DNA from: the human T2T-CHM13v2.0 reference genome, Homo sapiens
Reading direction: 5' to 3'
DNA: 64,000 nt
NCBI GenBank assembly: GCA_009914755.4
Contig: CP068257.2
Span: 29,536,001 to 29,600,000 of the forward strand
Translations under genes and position numbers: made by a program
Notes under the pieces: model-generated
Told to the model about the DNA's origin: nothing
Database searches by the model: none
What the model saw: the letters and a program-made list of their open reading frames with translations, nothing else
Shown here: one piece after another, positions 37,698-52,210 of the stretch
Numbering within the stretch: the first letter of the stretch is position 1
How the letters are laid out: the number at the start of each line of letters is the position of its first letter

Positions 37698-38656
37698 AAT
37701 AAATAAGTAAAAGGAAAAAAAGATTATTGCCACAAACCATCATATTTTTCAAACTTCTTTAAGTTACAATAATGTCTTGATAACTTTAAAAAATAAAAAT
37801 CAGCACAAGCAGCAAACATGAAAATTATAATGGTCTTACTTGTAACTTAAGAGCCCTAATTTTGGTCAGTAAATAGTTACTCTCAAAACAGGACATTGGA
37901 TCAAAATATATACCAGTGTGTCTTACTATTTTGGTAAAAGTTTCTGAATTATGAGCCCTTGTTAATCACGGCTGGTCTAACATAAAAATAAAATCCTAAT
38001 GAATTAATTAAATCAGATCATCAGAACGATCAAGAAGAATTTTATGCTCCTTAGATACCTGTTAGTCAATATCAAAGCAAGTCAAACAACTAACCATGTT
38101 CAGAATACATCTTTGTGCAAAGGAATTTCAAATGTTAATGAATATTTAAACATAGTAATTCTAAATGTGTGGCCTTGCTTTAGACATAAAACATTCAAGT
38201 GAAAACTCAAAAGAAAATTGAGACTCGTAAAACATTCAAGGAAAATTCAGTTAGGAAAAAATTTAAATGGTATAAATTTGTTTTCCAATGTACATGTACT
38301 TAAGTTACTTAGCATTTGATGCATTTTGAGGCAATGCAGCCGCAAATTATACCCTAAGTATTATGGTACAACAATTTTTAGTTTAGTTGGCATAATTTTT
38401 TAAATTCGCATCTTACTATGACTATTTCAAAGGATGAAACAGCAAAACACAATGTAGATATTTTCAGTAAATAGTTTGCACCAATTAAAATAGATAACAT
38501 GTCTCAGAATTTACTGCCTTAGAGCTCCTAATCCATTATGTTTTGCTATTTTTCTTCATATTCTTCCATTTCAGTCAAACTTCTAGAAGACATACAAACA
38601 TGCAATTACTGCATACACAAATGCAAACATGTAGTCACTGCATACAGAAATATGTA

Positions 38657-38676
38657 TACACACACACACACACAAA
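38657..38676. repeat. (CA)n microsatellite
   Basis: tacacacacacacacacacaaag. Confidence 0.85.
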
Positions 38677-39482
38677 GTGCTATTGTAGAATTTCTAAAGA
38701 TATTTTCCCTCCCCTTCAAAGTAACCTTTTCTTTCTCTAAACGCCAATGGTTATAGCATATCCAAAGCCACAGAATGACGTAGTAAAAGCATGAAATAAA
38801 ACTGACACATGGTCACATGTGAATAATATCAGTAGGTATAAATGAATGAAAATATGTTGCAATTATTTTTGTAGTTGTAACGATCAGAATATATCCAAAA
38901 CCTACAGGGCAACATGGTTACCTGCTATATTTAGCAACAATCATTCCAGTAACATCTGTGACATGAATTGTATATGAAATGAAGATCTTGAAACATTTAC
39001 TATACCAGAACTTGACTGGTGCTCAGATGGCAGATGGCAAACTGATGTGAAATGATGTGGATCAGATAGAATAGGAAAGAGAATGAGCTGAATGCAAGAG
39101 ACAGAAGAAACAGATTGATTATTAAATATTAGAGAAAGCATCTATCACCAAACATTGAGAATAACAATAATGAAACAAAAGACAGGCATTTTTACAATCA
39201 TGTTTGTTTTCAATGAGGAAAAAAAAACCATTCGCCATTATATCAGATTGTTAATAACATGGGACACTGTTTTCCCCATTATCTCCTTCCCTCTTAAGAA
39301 TAAAATCAGATCCACTAATTACAATAAGGTGTTTTCCAAGGAAGAAACAAGCTTTAGAAGGCACCTGGCCCTGAGCATACTATATCACTTTTCCTACATG
39401 GGTGCTTTTCCAAAGACCATCAATTTCTGAAATGCACACACAAGTCTTCCAGTTTTAAACTCATGAGATTTTTTATGTGTGT

Positions 39483-39608
39483 GTATTTTTAGTACAGATG
39501 GGGTTTTGCCATGTTGGCCAGGCTGCTCTCGAACTCCTGGCCTCAAGTGATCTGCCCTCCTCAGCCTCCCAAAGTACTGGGATTACAGGTGTGAGCCACC
39601 GTGCCCGG
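39483..39608 (-). mobile_element. Alu SINE, left-arm fragment, with target-site duplication
   Basis: tgtatttttagtacagatggggttttgccatgttggccaggctgctctcgaactcctggcctcaagtgatctgccc...gtgagccaccgtgcccggc. Flanking direct repeat taaactcatgagat. Confidence 0.85.
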
Positions 39609-41765
39609 CATAAACTCATGAGATAGAAGCTTGTTCCACATCACGTTGTTTTTGCTTTTATTTCTATGTCTTGGGAAAAAGACCTGAAGGCCCAGGGAAA
39701 ATTGGACAGGACTAACTTTTACTGTTGGAGAAAGGGATTTTGTACCTTAATGATGCCATCAGAAACCTTTCAGGTGACAGAAATAAACACTTTAAAGGGG
39801 ATCAGGTCCACTACATTATCTAGATATGGTCTCTAACTGTCAATGACAATACTATTCTTCATTCCCCTAGTTTCTTCCAAAGCAAAAGCTTGAAACATAC
39901 GTAAAGTGGGCCAATCATTCATTGCTTCACTCACTGATCAATCTTCCACCAATCAATGGTAATCGGAAAACTTTGGCTTAACCTTCGATTCCTGATCCAG
40001 TTTAAAGCCAATGTGCACAGGATGCTCCAAAGCCATGTTATTCTTCTGGAAACACCTTCCAGAGTTCGGCTTATACAAAAAAGCCAGAAAGTTCTACTTT
40101 TAACACCTTCATCTGCAGATCTGACAATAACTCTTCAGCTCTGCAGAATGTTAATGGGTCTCTAAAGAATTGTGCTAATTATAAATAAAGGAATGCAGAA
40201 ATCCTCTACAGACCAATTTTGTTAAGTAATTAACATGAAAAAATTGTGAACTGAGATACCATTATCTCCAAAAGCTAGAACCCTCGTACATGAAGGATTC
40301 AAAGCACACAGAGAGGTGATACCATTTATTTTTAGCATCCATGTCAGGGCTGACTTTAGTTATGGCCCAAAACAAGTGATTCTTCTATTTTTCCTCCACA
40401 TACATAAGACATTTTAAGAGGCTAATTTGAGCTGAACTGTCCATTTCTCTGATTCATATGAAGAGCCATGTTTTTTCTTTAAAAAGCCGTCTGTGATTTG
40501 CTTTTTTGAAAATACAAAAATTGCTGATAGTAGAACTACAAAATTGAGGTACTTGCGGAGGTAGTGAAAGTCATTCAGTATTTACAAACATTGTGTTGAA
40601 TGATGAGATCTTTAAAACGTCATTTCATCCATCCAACTTCTTCTAGGATAAAATTGTGATAGAAAAGTTTTTCATTTTTTTTTTTAGCAGCCCCAAAGAA
40701 GACCAATTCACTCCCCTAAGAATATATTCTAGATTCTTCTGAGCCTTACTGATTGTCCTTCCTGAAGACTAACCCAGGTTCTGAGAGTTCTTGTGGACAC
40801 TCGGCACTGCAGGATGCACCCAGCTGTAGAGAAGCCAGACGTGGGTTCAGTCTCTCCTTTGCAACTGACTGTGATGTGAGTTCAGGCAAGCAGCTAAGGC
40901 CCTCTGAGCTTCACTTCCTCCATGTGTACAATGGCAAAGTCTCAGCTCTTTCTCAGGCTCAGACCTGATACGACTACGACATAGAACTATTAATGCTATT
41001 CATTATGTAAAAATAAAAACAAGCATGCAAGTAAAGTTCTTCTTTCCTCTCTCTCCCCTCACTCAAGACCATTCACCTGGCTGCCCTTCACGGGGAAAAA
41101 TGAAACCAGGTTCACTTTGAAAAAGATCAAGGCATTTCTTCCATGGTTTAAGGTGAAAGAGAAAAGGAGCTCAATCATTTGTCATGTTTCTAAAAAGGCT
41201 AATTCTGTGTTCACAAAAGAAGAATTTCCCATCAATGGAGGTCAAACTTATATTTCCTTCCATTTTCCCCAATTCTAAAGATGCCCATAGTGTATCGGTT
41301 ACTGATTAAAGAGCAGGTGACAGAACAGTACCCATAATATGATGCCATTGAACACATGTATCTGTATGTGTGCGGAAAAAGGAATGAATGGTCAAACGCC
41401 AAAATGTTTGCAATGGTTATTTCTGGATTTCGTGAATAAGAGTGGCCTTAATTTTCTGTTGTGTTCTTCACCTAGATTTTCTAAAAGGTTTGCAATGAGC
41501 ATGTGATACATGCATTAGAAATCTATCAAACACACACATTGAAAGATGCTACTTAGAAGAGTTCCTCTCTTCCCAAAGGTGAAGCATTCACTAATATAAT
41601 TTTGAATATTATCACAAAGGAATGCAATGCTGCTCCGAAATGAAAGGGAGGTGTGTTTTAAGCACCTTCCTCTCCCACACGGCTCTGGGTTTCCACATGT
41701 GCCTTAGAAGATTGCTACACCCCATTCTGCTCTTCTTGGAGAAACAACCCAAAGCAGCTCCATAC

Positions 41766-41936
41766 CTTGCAAATCAGCTCCAGGGTGTCCCGTGCAGTGT
41801 CGCCTGGCCGGACGACCGTCAGGGCAGGCTGATTATTGGGCAGACAGAACCAGGATGGAGTGAAATACTCGTGGACCCAAATGTCGCAGTCAGGGTTGTG
41901 CTGGTGAACGTTAGGTAAGACCACTTCTTTCTCCCT
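41766..41936 (-). CDS. TIAM1: TIAM1 coding exon (N-terminal half of the Ras-binding domain), 171 nt, phase 0/0
   Basis: Minus strand: acceptor atttcttgttatag|AGG, donor TGCAAG|gtatgg. Encodes REKEVVLPNVHQHNPDCDIWVHEYFTPSWFCLPNNQPALTVVRPGDTARDTLELICK. Matches ORF 41715..41924(-), which continues into the intron after ICK. Confidence 0.88.
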
Positions 41937-42214
41937 CTATAACAAGAAATAAAGTTAGCAGGGCAGCAGCAGTGGAGCTCTGACAACCCTAGATTCCCAG
42001 ACTGCACACAGGAATCACCGATTCCCATGAAAACAGCCCAGGGCAGAAGCGGAGGCAGTGGTGGGAGGCAGGGGAACCCTTGGAGAGAGAGAAACTACTG
42101 AGAAAGCAGATTTATGGTGCAATGGAGAGATTTCAAACTTCAGCTGTGAGGCAGGCTTCACAACCCACAGCATCCATAGGTGATCACGGCATGAATGAGT
42201 GGGCATCAAAATTT

Positions 42215-42256
42215 GGAAGAAAAGAAAGAAAGAGAGAGAGATAGGGAAGGAAGGAA

Positions 42257-42328
<72 letters not shown>

Positions 42329-42348
42329 GAGAAAGAAGGAAGGAAGGG

Positions 42349-42379
<31 letters not shown>

Positions 42380-42456
42380 AAAAGAAAGAAAGAAAGAAAG
42401 AGAAAGAAAGAGAAAGAAAGAAAGAGAAAGAAGGAAGGAAGGGAGAAAGAAAGAAA

Positions 42457-42503
<47 letters not shown>

Positions 42504-42504
42504 G
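42215..42504. repeat. (GAAA)n tetranucleotide microsatellite, about 290 bp, with GGAA/GAGA interruptions
   Basis: gaaagaaagagagagagatagggaaggaaggaaaagaaagaaagaaagaaag... It creates the artefactual K/E/R-rich ORFs 42195..42599(+) and 42199..42954(+). Confidence 0.95.
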
Positions 42505-44185
42505 TCACCATTCAGCTCAGCTTTATGGCTCTTATTTCTTCCACAAACTCATTTCAAGTTTCAAGCAGGGAATTCCTACAACAAGCACATCTGCCATGAG
42601 AACTTTACAGTTCAAAGCAATGGTGAAGCCCCAATCATTTTTTTTTTTCAAAAAGATCATGTTTTAGCACTACATATTTATATTTATATTTATAGACAGC
42701 ATCATTTTTGTGCTCTCCTTGGACCTTCAGCACGACCCGGCGCCAGAGACAATTCAGTTTTCTGGAGGTCAAAGAACTTGACGGATAACATCATGGCACA
42801 ATGTAGCAAAAACAAGCCTCCTTTGCTGCCATCACTGTATCCTCTCCATCACTGCCTGAGGACCAGGGAGTGGAATGAAGTTTGTGAATGTGGGAGAAGG
42901 GTCGGAAGTCCTCCTTTAGCAGCTGGGTTAAACCTAAGCAAGCTAAGCAGATGAAGCAGAGGATGTTCCTTAGCTTGATATAATGTTACTTTCCTTAGAT
43001 TGATACAATGTTAGGAGCCCCGCGAAATAAGCAAGGAAAGAATGATGTTAGATTTCAGCAATGTAAACATAATATTGATGCTCAATATATGCTAAGTAAT
43101 AGGCCTTCATTATTGATTTATAACCAGGCCACTAGTTGGTAAATATGTATCTACTGATGACCAAGAACAAGGCTGGTATCAGCAAATTACAAGAAGGAAC
43201 AAATTTCCCAATGAAGGCTGAGAGGTGGTAATATAACCTCCATTCAAAAGAAGAATGGAATCCAAGAATGGGGGAAACGTTTTCGTAAAAGCCATTCAAC
43301 TAAATCCAACTGGGGAAGATAATTTCAGCCTCGCCTTTGAACAGAGTTGCTTTAGCAGATAAGCTGGACTCCAGGGAAGGAATTGTCAAAAAGCAATCAA
43401 CATACCTAAATCCCATTAAGTATAATTGGAATATTCAGACTCTGTTCCAGTGTGCCACATTAAATAAATGCCCCTTAGCACTGGATCAACCCAAGTTTTG
43501 CATCTAAACACTCTGAGAACAAGGCATTCTAGCCAGGATGTGGGAGAAAGACGTACCTTAGAAAAATGGAAAACCAAAAATGCTACACAGAAATCCAATG
43601 GAAAAACTTTCGCAGTTTCCAAGTTCTGTGGTCTAGAGAAGATATCTCAGTATTAAATGTGGACTAATAATGGTATGCAAGATGAACTGGCCAACCTCAG
43701 AAATGACCAAGTTAACATCAAAAACTATGCTTGGATTGCACATAGGCCCAAAAACTGAATTTCTTCAAATTTCATCAGACAGAGATGCTCAGACAGTGGC
43801 CATGGATGAGTATTTCCAAGGACAGTGGCCTTTATATCCAGGATAGCATCATTCATGAGTAGTTTGTGTATGAAGGAAAGAAAAGGCCTTCCCATGGCCA
43901 CTCTTCTCTCTTCCCCTCCAATAGCAGAACTCCCCATGGCACTCTGGATTCTGAAGCTCAGCTCCATCTACAACATGGGGCTGAGCCACTGATGACTGAC
44001 ACTACTTGGATGCATGGCAACTGAGGGCTGAATTCTGTCATATTGATTCTGAGCCCAAGAACCAGAGGATCCCACCAAGGTCACATTATCAACATCAGAC
44101 CATCCCCCATCCCCCACACAAACAGGCTCCCAGTATCACTACTAGGGTCTTGAAAACGAGAGACGTCTATTTATTTAGAGGCTGA

Positions 44186-44801
<616 letters not shown>

Positions 44802-45086
44802 CTATTCAGAACCCAAATTTCCTCTTACATTCTAGTTAGAAACTCACACATCAAATGGTAAGTATGGGAAATGTTATGTCAGCAGGAGAATGTTCCCTCT
44901 ACCACTCAGTTTTAAATATAAAATGATTTTCCATCTCTTGTTGACTTATTACATAACTTTTAAAAACTGATTTCAGTTTTTAATATTGAGTTTACTTAAT
45001 TTTAGTAGCTCAAGACAACACTGCACCATGTATATGTTGATGCACTTGTGGTACTTTTAGAAAAGAAAACACACGTTTATTTTTAC

Positions 45087-45161
45087 CTTGCCATCTGGAA
45101 CAATGTCATCAAATATTCCCTCTAAAGATTTCTTTACAGCTTCGGTTCCCTCTCCAAACAC
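45087..45161 (-). CDS. TIAM1: TIAM1 coding exon, 75 nt, phase 0/0
   Basis: Minus strand: acceptor ttttgtatatgcag|GTG, donor GGCAAG|gtaaaa. Encodes VFGEGTEAVKKSLEGIFDDIVPDGK. Joins INQ from the previous exon to REKEVV in the next. Confidence 0.85.
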
Positions 45162-45435
45162 CTGCATATACAAAAGTACCACCTTAAAAAGGAATCTGGG
45201 CAACAGGGCAAACGAAACGTAGGAAGGGGGAAGGAAATGGGCATGGCTATGACAAAACCTTACACACGTGTTCAGATACTCCTACATCAAATCCCAAAGC
45301 AGGTACAATAATTTATGGGAGCAGACCTGGAAAAACACATCCCTCTATCTAGATCACTTCCCTACGTGTTTGACAGTTGGAAAAAAAAAAGTTTGCTCTC
45401 AAATATGGATAATTCATCTCTACTTAAAGAAAATA

Positions 45436-45709
45436 GGCTGGGCATGGTGGCTCATGCCTATAATCCCTAGCACTTTGGGAAGCTGAGGCGGGAGGACTGC
45501 TTGAGCCTAGGAGTTTGAGACCAGCCTGGGCAATATAGTTAGACCTCATCTCTACAAAAAAAAAAAAAAAAAAAGAATTACATTAAATTAGCCAGGCATG
45601 GTGGGGTGCACCTGTAGTCCCAGCTACTCCTGAGGCTAAGGCAGGAGGATCACAAGATCACATCACTGAACTACAATCTGGGCAACAGAGGGAGACCTTG
45701 TCCCAAAAA
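45436..45709 (+). mobile_element. Alu SINE with an extended A-rich linker
   Basis: Starts ggctgggcatggtggctcatgcctataatccctagcactttgggaagctgagg, then a long poly-A, then ...gccaggcatggtggggtgcacctgtagtcccagctactcctgagg...cccaaaaaaag. Confidence 0.85.
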
Positions 45710-45732
45710 AAGTAAAAAGAGAAAGACAATAG

Positions 45733-46081
<349 letters not shown>

Positions 46082-46491
46082 CTAGCAAAAGCAATGAGCT
46101 AGATAAACTCACAATGAAGCATTTCTCCTATAGCCTCATATACCTGACCAGATACTTATAAGTAAAAATCTGCTTGCTTTGTAATACATTCTTAAGTAGA
46201 ATGTGAGAATATTATAGTTTTTTACCTCAACATGGCAACATAGGGGTTTTTTTAATTAAAAAATAGAAAATTGTCTCTTCCTTGAAATGTAATCAATCCT
46301 GCTAACTTAAAGATGCCATGAAAATTAGAATAGGGTAACAATGCCACTAGGTAAGGAAACTCATGGACATGAGGAATTTTGTGATTATCCCTAAAACAAG
46401 AATGTAGTATCAGGATAATGTACACAATTGAGAAAAAGCCTTTCCTCCATGCAAATAAAATATACAAAAACATACAATGTTTTTAACTTTT

Positions 46492-46613
46492 TTTCGGTAG
46501 AGAAAGCATGTTGCTATGTTGCCCAGGCTGGTCTCAAACTCCTGGCCTCAAAGAATCCTCCCACCTTGGCCTCCTAAAGTGCTAGGATTACAGGCATGAG
46601 CCACCACCCCGGC
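46492..46613 (-). mobile_element. Alu SINE, left-arm fragment
   Basis: tttttcggtagagaaagcatgttgctatgttgcccaggctggtctcaaactcctggcctcaaagaatcctcccacc...ggcatgagccaccaccccggcc. Confidence 0.85.
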
Positions 46614-46996
46614 CAAAAAAACATAATTTTTGTCCATTTCAAATTATAGAATTAATGACTAAATTCCTACTGGTATGTTTATGGCTAAGCAAAAGGTTCT
46701 TAAAAACTCATACTTTTAGAAAAAATACAAGAATTGTTTCTAAGACATTACATTGTGCTTTGATTTTAGAAAAATGTTAAAACATTCTCTTGAATTCATT
46801 TAAATTCAGTCATATATTTCAGTAGAAAAGGGCGGTAACATAACCTGGTGCCAATCAAGCAGAAGCACATGAACAAAGGGTTTTGTTAGAAAACAAGTCC
46901 AAACTGTGAAGTCCAGAAGCAGTGGGCTGAGCCATCTCTCAGGGCAGAAGACACATACACAATGACACCACCACCTCCCAAAAGAAGAAGAGAAAT

Positions 46997-47334
<338 letters not shown>

Positions 47335-47497
47335 TCAAGTCTCTTTTGTTATTTTTCTGATGAAATGTTGACTTTCCTCCACAGTTTTTTCTTTAGATTT
47401 ACATAAAAGTAAAACCCATGGAAGCAAGCTCAATGATCTACTCTCCCCAAAGATCACAAGACAAACTGCGAAACTGCTTCAGTCTCACACTCGCTTA

Positions 47498-47885
<388 letters not shown>

Positions 47886-48613
47886 CAATGAGTATCACAG
47901 TCAGCTAAGGGACTCAGGGCATCAGCTTTCAGGACTAATCTCTTTTCTAAAATTCATTTCTTAAGTAAATTAATGGCTGGAACTGTCCGAGCAAACAAGG
48001 AGAGATCATTCTATCAAGTCAGTCGATGACGTCCTCTCACTTTTCACAAGGGCATGCGGTGAATAGGTCAAACTAGCAGTCTTAGTCATGACCTCCAAAA
48101 TGCTGAAGGCCTGACTTTCCAGCCACCGCAGCCCACAAACTGGACATTCTTCTTCCGAAAGACTACAGATGCTCACGTTCCTTTAGTCCCTGAAATCTAA
48201 ACAAGCAGTTCTGGAGCTACTCATTTCTCAAAGCCGAACGACAAGGAAGACAGTAACAACAGACAGTGGGCTTCACGGAAGTAACCCCAGCAGGAGACTG
48301 GCCTTGGCGAGTGAAGAAGTCAAATTTAATGGGCAAGAATTGGGTGGCTGTACATGGTCAGTGGACACCCGTCACGGCACCAGGCTATGTTGCGCCCTCA
48401 CGACATACCGAGATCCCGTTCCAGCCCCTGGACCTGAGCAGAAGGGGGCTGTGGCAGTGGGCGAGCTCTCTCGGATTCCTGTCTCCTCATTCCAGTAGGC
48501 AGAGGATCTGCCCATTTAATGTCAGCTCCAAAAAGTCAAGGGCAGAGAATAATCAGAATTCCCTGGAGGCTGCCTTTCATCCAGTGCCAGAGGCAGCTTA
48601 AAAAGTCTCTGCA

Positions 48614-49065
<452 letters not shown>

Positions 49066-49241
49066 TCAATGTTATGGGTATGCATTATCTATTAAAAGTG
49101 TCTAGCACAGCTAGTTTCTTTGTGCCAACTAGTTGATTTTAAATAACACTCGGCCTCACTGAAGAAACACACACACCCCAAATTGAGGTGGCCACAGAAG
49201 TGATTTGTGCGGGCTCACTTTTCATCTGCTCTGGAACCTAC

Positions 49242-49388
49242 CTGATTGATGCTTGGCCGTCCCTGCTTCTTTTTGGAGGTAGTATCCAGACCCCACAGAG
49301 AAGAAAACCTGCTCCTTCGCTTGCTCGCGGATCTGGACATGGCCTGAGTACGTCTTCTCACTCCAGTTTCACCAGTGCGTGCTGCCAC
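49242..49388 (-). CDS. TIAM1: TIAM1 coding exon (basic Ser/Arg-rich linker after the Ex region), 147 nt, phase 0/0
   Basis: Minus strand: acceptor tgtccttgccatcctcag|GTG, donor AATCAG|gtaggt. Encodes VAARTGETGVRRRTQAMSRSASKRRSRFSSLWGLDTTSKKKQGRPSINQ. Overlaps ORF 49215..49415(-), which reads through both introns. Confidence 0.88.
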
Positions 49389-49974
49389 CTGAGGATGGCA
49401 AGGACAAGCAGCCACAAGGGAGATGCATCAGGACCACCCACTTGTGCCTTGAGGTCCCCGTAAGTCCCACCCTTCAAAAAACCCTCCTCCATCATGCCAG
49501 CCAACCCTGACCCCAATGCCTAAAGTATTCAATCCATGACCCAGACATATTGGGACTTTGAGAGCCCTTCATGGATTCAGAATGGAAATGAAAAGCTGGC
49601 AAATTCAATCCTTGTTTGAAATCATCAGCAAAAATACATAATATAGGAATAAAATATATGTTCTGTTTCCAAAAATGACATGTCCTTCTGGTCACAGGCT
49701 TGAACTACAGCAAGGGAAATGAGCCAGGCTTTCTCTCCAAATGCTACAGAGCTGTTTCTGCATTCTATTGAAAAATGGTGCTAAAGCGTCAGCAACAATA
49801 GTGGAAAAACAACAGATTTTGGTTCCTGGGTTTCCAGGTTAAATCTAAAATTACCAATCTCTACTATTTTGTTTTCTTAGGATATATAAAATCACGTTTT
49901 AAAATCAGACGAGTGATCATTGGCCCCCAATATCCATTCTCTATTCCATCTTAGTCAGAAAAATCTCAAATGTA

Positions 49975-50325
<351 letters not shown>

Positions 50326-50713
50326 TTATTTTCCTTGCAGTAGGGCATGGATTGGGCTTAAGTCCTGGTCAATGGCATACAAGCAAAAAATATTTGCAAC
50401 TTCCAGGAACTGTGCTCAATGGGAGGGGGCTTTCTGTTATTCTTTCCGCTATCCTATCTGTTTTCTTTTTCCTGATAAAAGGAAGGTCTGTGTTGTGGTC
50501 TAGGATGTCCCTACCTAAGCCTTTTCAAGGATGGCAGAATAACAAGACAAAAGGGACTGGGCTCACTGAAGATGAAGGCACCTTACCAGACTTGCATCAC
50601 TTACATGTCCTATGTTTAGGTAAATGGGAAAGAAAACTTGTATTTTTTTGTTGAACAAAAGCTAAACTCTGTCGAGGTATTACAATGTGCCAGCAACCCA
50701 GAGAAGCATTTCC

Positions 50714-50785
50714 TTTTTTTTTTTTTTTTTTTTTTTTTTTGACGGAGTCTCGCTCTGTCACCCAGGCTGGAGTCCAGTGGAGCGA
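50714..50785 (-). mobile_element. Alu 3'-end fragment (5'-truncated insertion) with clear target-site duplication
   Basis: Poly-T followed by gacggagtctcgctctgtcacccaggctggagtccagtggagcgat. Direct repeats ccagagaagcatttc at 50698-50712 and 50786-50800. Confidence 0.85.
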
Positions 50786-51418
50786 TTCCAGAGAAGCATT
50801 TCACAAGGGAACACCCTAAATGTAAATCTGTCACCAGGATAATTGCTCAAGTAGAATCTCCACAAGGACTCCAGAAAGTCCTCCCAGGCAAAACATTCAG
50901 GCTTGAACTTTATCCTACCAGGTGGCAAGCAAAGTCCCAGGAATTTAAGGGAACTTCTGCCAGAAGGTCTCCATGGGCCACCCACCCGCTCGCCTTTCAA
51001 AAAAGGGAGTGGCAGGAGGAACAGCGAGTCAGACTTGAAATGAAACTTCTCCACCCACTCTTTTGTTGCCAGAGGTGAATGTCTTGGAACCTACTTGTAG
51101 ATTCCCACACAGGCAACTCCCAATGTGACAGATGCCAATTGGCAGCAATGCAGGGGATGAGGCACTGTTGGTAACATGAGGGGCCTCCCCAGCAGTCAGC
51201 GTGTTGGTTGGAAGGCACGCCCCTCTGGGGCTTCAGTACTGACAATGTAAACACCGCAGAAGCCCCACGGGTGGCAGGGACCCCTACGTACATTAAAAAC
51301 AGGAATCAAAACGGCTTCTCTACAAGGGTATTAGAGGGAAGGTTTTTGGACCCAAACAAAAATAGGAAGATGAGGGAGCTGAGAGGTCTTGCATTTTGCA
51401 TTTTCTCAGCTTAGCACG

Positions 51419-51449
<31 letters not shown>

Positions 51450-52080
51450 CCAGATCAGGGCATAGAAAAATGTGGTATCCAAGACACTGGTGAGAATTTT
51501 CATGAGAAAGATCTTAATCTAAGATTACACCGGAGGTGTCACAGGGAACAAAATCACAAGACAAACACACCGTAAAATATGTAAAAATTTTCTCTTCTCT
51601 ATTTTCATCACTTTCTCAGTTAAAGGTAAACAAAGGTTGTAAAAGGAATAAATTATAACATGCAGACATGCATATGCTCACATGACTATGTCAACACTGA
51701 ATAAATGGTGTTAAAAATTTTTAAATTCTAGAGGAAAAAAATGTCCATTTGGCCTCACAGTCATATAGTCATTTTATAAATAAATCCAGTCATTAACAGT
51801 GACACATACATAGAGGCAACCGTATAAAATACGTCGACATATATTACTGTTTGCTTTCTTCATACACACAGCAATACCTGTACTTACTGTGTCTAGTTAA
51901 TTGTTTACTTATTTCTTACCCTTCTCTCCCACAAGAATATAAGCTTCAAGAGGACAGGATCTCTGCGCTGTTCACTATAGTCCTAATCACAAGGATAAAA
52001 CTGACGGATGCCAGGCACTTACATACATTTGTTGCTTGAACAAATAAATACATAAATACCACAAAGCAAAAGCACATCCT

Positions 52081-52210
52081 ATATAACACGGTGACAACAA
52101 TGGGTGCATCACACCAACACGGCACATGTATACATATGTAACAAACCTGCACGTTGTGCACATGTACCCTAGAACTTAAAGTATAATGTAAAAAAAAGAA
52201 AGAAAAAAGA
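52081..52210 (+). mobile_element. L1 3'-end fragment
   Basis: ...catgtatacatatgtaacaaacctgcacgttgtgcacatgtaccctagaacttaaagtataatgtaaaaaaaag. Confidence 0.75.

Noticed and set aside
42195-42954. 134-aa and 251-aa K/E/R-rich ORFs (and a poly-FLS ORF on the other strand) at 42.2 kb
   Set aside because: Produced by reading through the (GAAA)n/(TTTC)n microsatellite. This is pure low-complexity repeat, not a protein.
50765-51300. Minus-strand ORFs (50758..51054 and 50997..51293) with faint resemblance (VWE..., F.WE..LE...RF.YL) to the TIAM1 coiled-coil/Ex peptide
   Set aside because: First considered as the missing exon. The resemblance is patchy, the splice sites are poor, and the region abuts an Alu fragment insertion. 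The genuine exon with an exact, contiguous reading frame is at 55087-55272.
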